64,000 bases of DNA from Mizuhopecten yessoensis (lineage: Eukaryota): the NCBI RefSeq assembly GCF_002113885.1, contig NW_018408894.1:439869-503868 (forward strand). Reading direction: 5' to 3'. A program made the position numbers and the translations under genes. The notes beneath the pieces are model-generated. The model made no database searches, was not told the DNA's origin, and saw only the letters and a list, made by a program, of their open reading frames with translations. Positions 62,593 through 64,000 of the stretch are shown here, piece by piece; positions within the stretch are counted from its first letter, which is position 1, and every line of letters starts with the position of its first letter.

Positions 62593-64000
62593 TGTGTATG
62601 CATCATTGCGGAATACACATGTATAACGAGGATGAGAAATTTAATAATTTTTTTTTAACAAAGGCCGTTTTGGCATGAATTGAATATTTCGTCAACATTT
62701 TCAAATTCTGAGTTATATTTCCCACCATAATATACCAACATATGTTGGATATATCTATTCTACCTAGTAAAATAAAATGTGTTTCGCGTCTGTCTCGGTG
62801 TCCATACGGCTGTAATAAGCAAGGTGACCTAGATAAACCTATTACTTACATAAGGCTGTTCGTGTGCGCGTGCACACATTCGTCACATGATGTCTATATG
62901 TCTCCATTTCACAAGAAGCTGCGCGTTTTACCGCTTTTGACCCTGTGGACAGTGTTCCTATTTCGTCTGTTTATTCATTTTCAGCTAACAAATGGTCGAC
63001 TTACGATAAACAATAAACATTGATGTCATGTTTAACAACAGACGAATATTTCAATTAATCATAAACACAAATCGGTCGACATCGCTCGTAAACACTTAAA
63101 ATCGTTTTAAGTCCCCCTGGCGGTAAGTTCAGAGGAGCATTCTGACCGTGAGTTTCACAGATATAAAGTAGTTTAATAGAAACTTTTGTTTGCCAGCTAG
63201 GAAATCTCAAAATACATACAAAATTAAAGCGTTTATCCTCATTCCACAAAGGGAAACAGCCCCGCTGCTCGCTCGCTTACTTTTGCGGGGGAGATTTTTG
63301 GAAGACCGTTAGTGCGTTTGAAAATAAAACATGCACGCGAATTGTCTATCGTCCAAGAATACATGGATTCTCCTCCATATTTTGTCGCCTGTTGTCTGTT
63401 AAAGGAAACGAACGATTATATTTTTCCTAAAGTTTGTCTGTTGAAATTGTTTCTAGTAAAATTATTTTGAACAATCTTAGACTTATCATTTACTCAGACT
63501 AAGTAATGTATTGTGTTTTCGATGAGTCAGCCGATAATACCCTATTCCATCATGTTTCTTTACATACATGTAGCACTTTCACTTTGTTGGATATTTTCGT
63601 TCTTTGCTTTATACTATCACAGTTCAGTGAGAGTTGATTAAATGGTGTAATAAATCATTTCTACAGACTAACACGATCTATCAGATCCTGGTGAATCAGA
63701 CATATGTAATCTTAGCCTATTTGATTAAAACATATCAATGTCTGCATTATGCTCTAGTGGATACACGCGGAGATACAGCTGATGGAGTCCATCTTGACCT
63801 AATGCGATTCATTGATTTTCTTTTTCTGATGCCTAGCTTGCTCTTTGTCCCTCATTTCGGAATGTTAACAGTGCTAATACGTATACAGGGCTCCTGGTGA
63901 ATTATACCTTTAGTGTCCTTCACTACTCGCCCGAGCACGCGACACACTGGATGCTATAAACCAATATTGTTTGAAAAAATTTTGGAGGGTTGGCTTTCGG

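Overview
AT-rich, repeat-dense eukaryotic genomic DNA, most likely from a bivalve mollusc. That is inferred from a coiled-coil C1q-domain gene, HINE/Helentron-type elements and mollusc-style CR1, L2 and SINE remnants. Two intact genes can be built by hand with consistent GT-AG phases. (1) A 10-exon + strand gene (967..19119, 543 aa) for a type I membrane glycoprotein made almost entirely of 17-aa CxxC..G.F/YQ cysteine-rich (Ephrin_rec_like/GCC2-GCC3-type) repeats, with a short tail carrying endo-lysosomal sorting motifs. (2) A 2-exon - strand C1q-domain gene (51578..50166, 307 aa) with a frameshifted duplicate of its 5' end next to it. The rest is about 20 minisatellite or satellite arrays, which explain most long ORFs in the track, plus two dead LINEs, HINE/MITE/SINE fragments, a recent ~1 kb tandem duplication, possible decayed exons and one assembly gap. 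The most unusual signal is that minisatellites have amplified real splice sites of gene 1. The exon-2 acceptor is the last of a series of near-identical AG|GT units (decoy or recursive acceptors). The exon-9 donor is the first of five copies that also outline in-frame 27-nt micro-exons able to interrupt the transmembrane helix. These functional readings are hypotheses that need RNA data.
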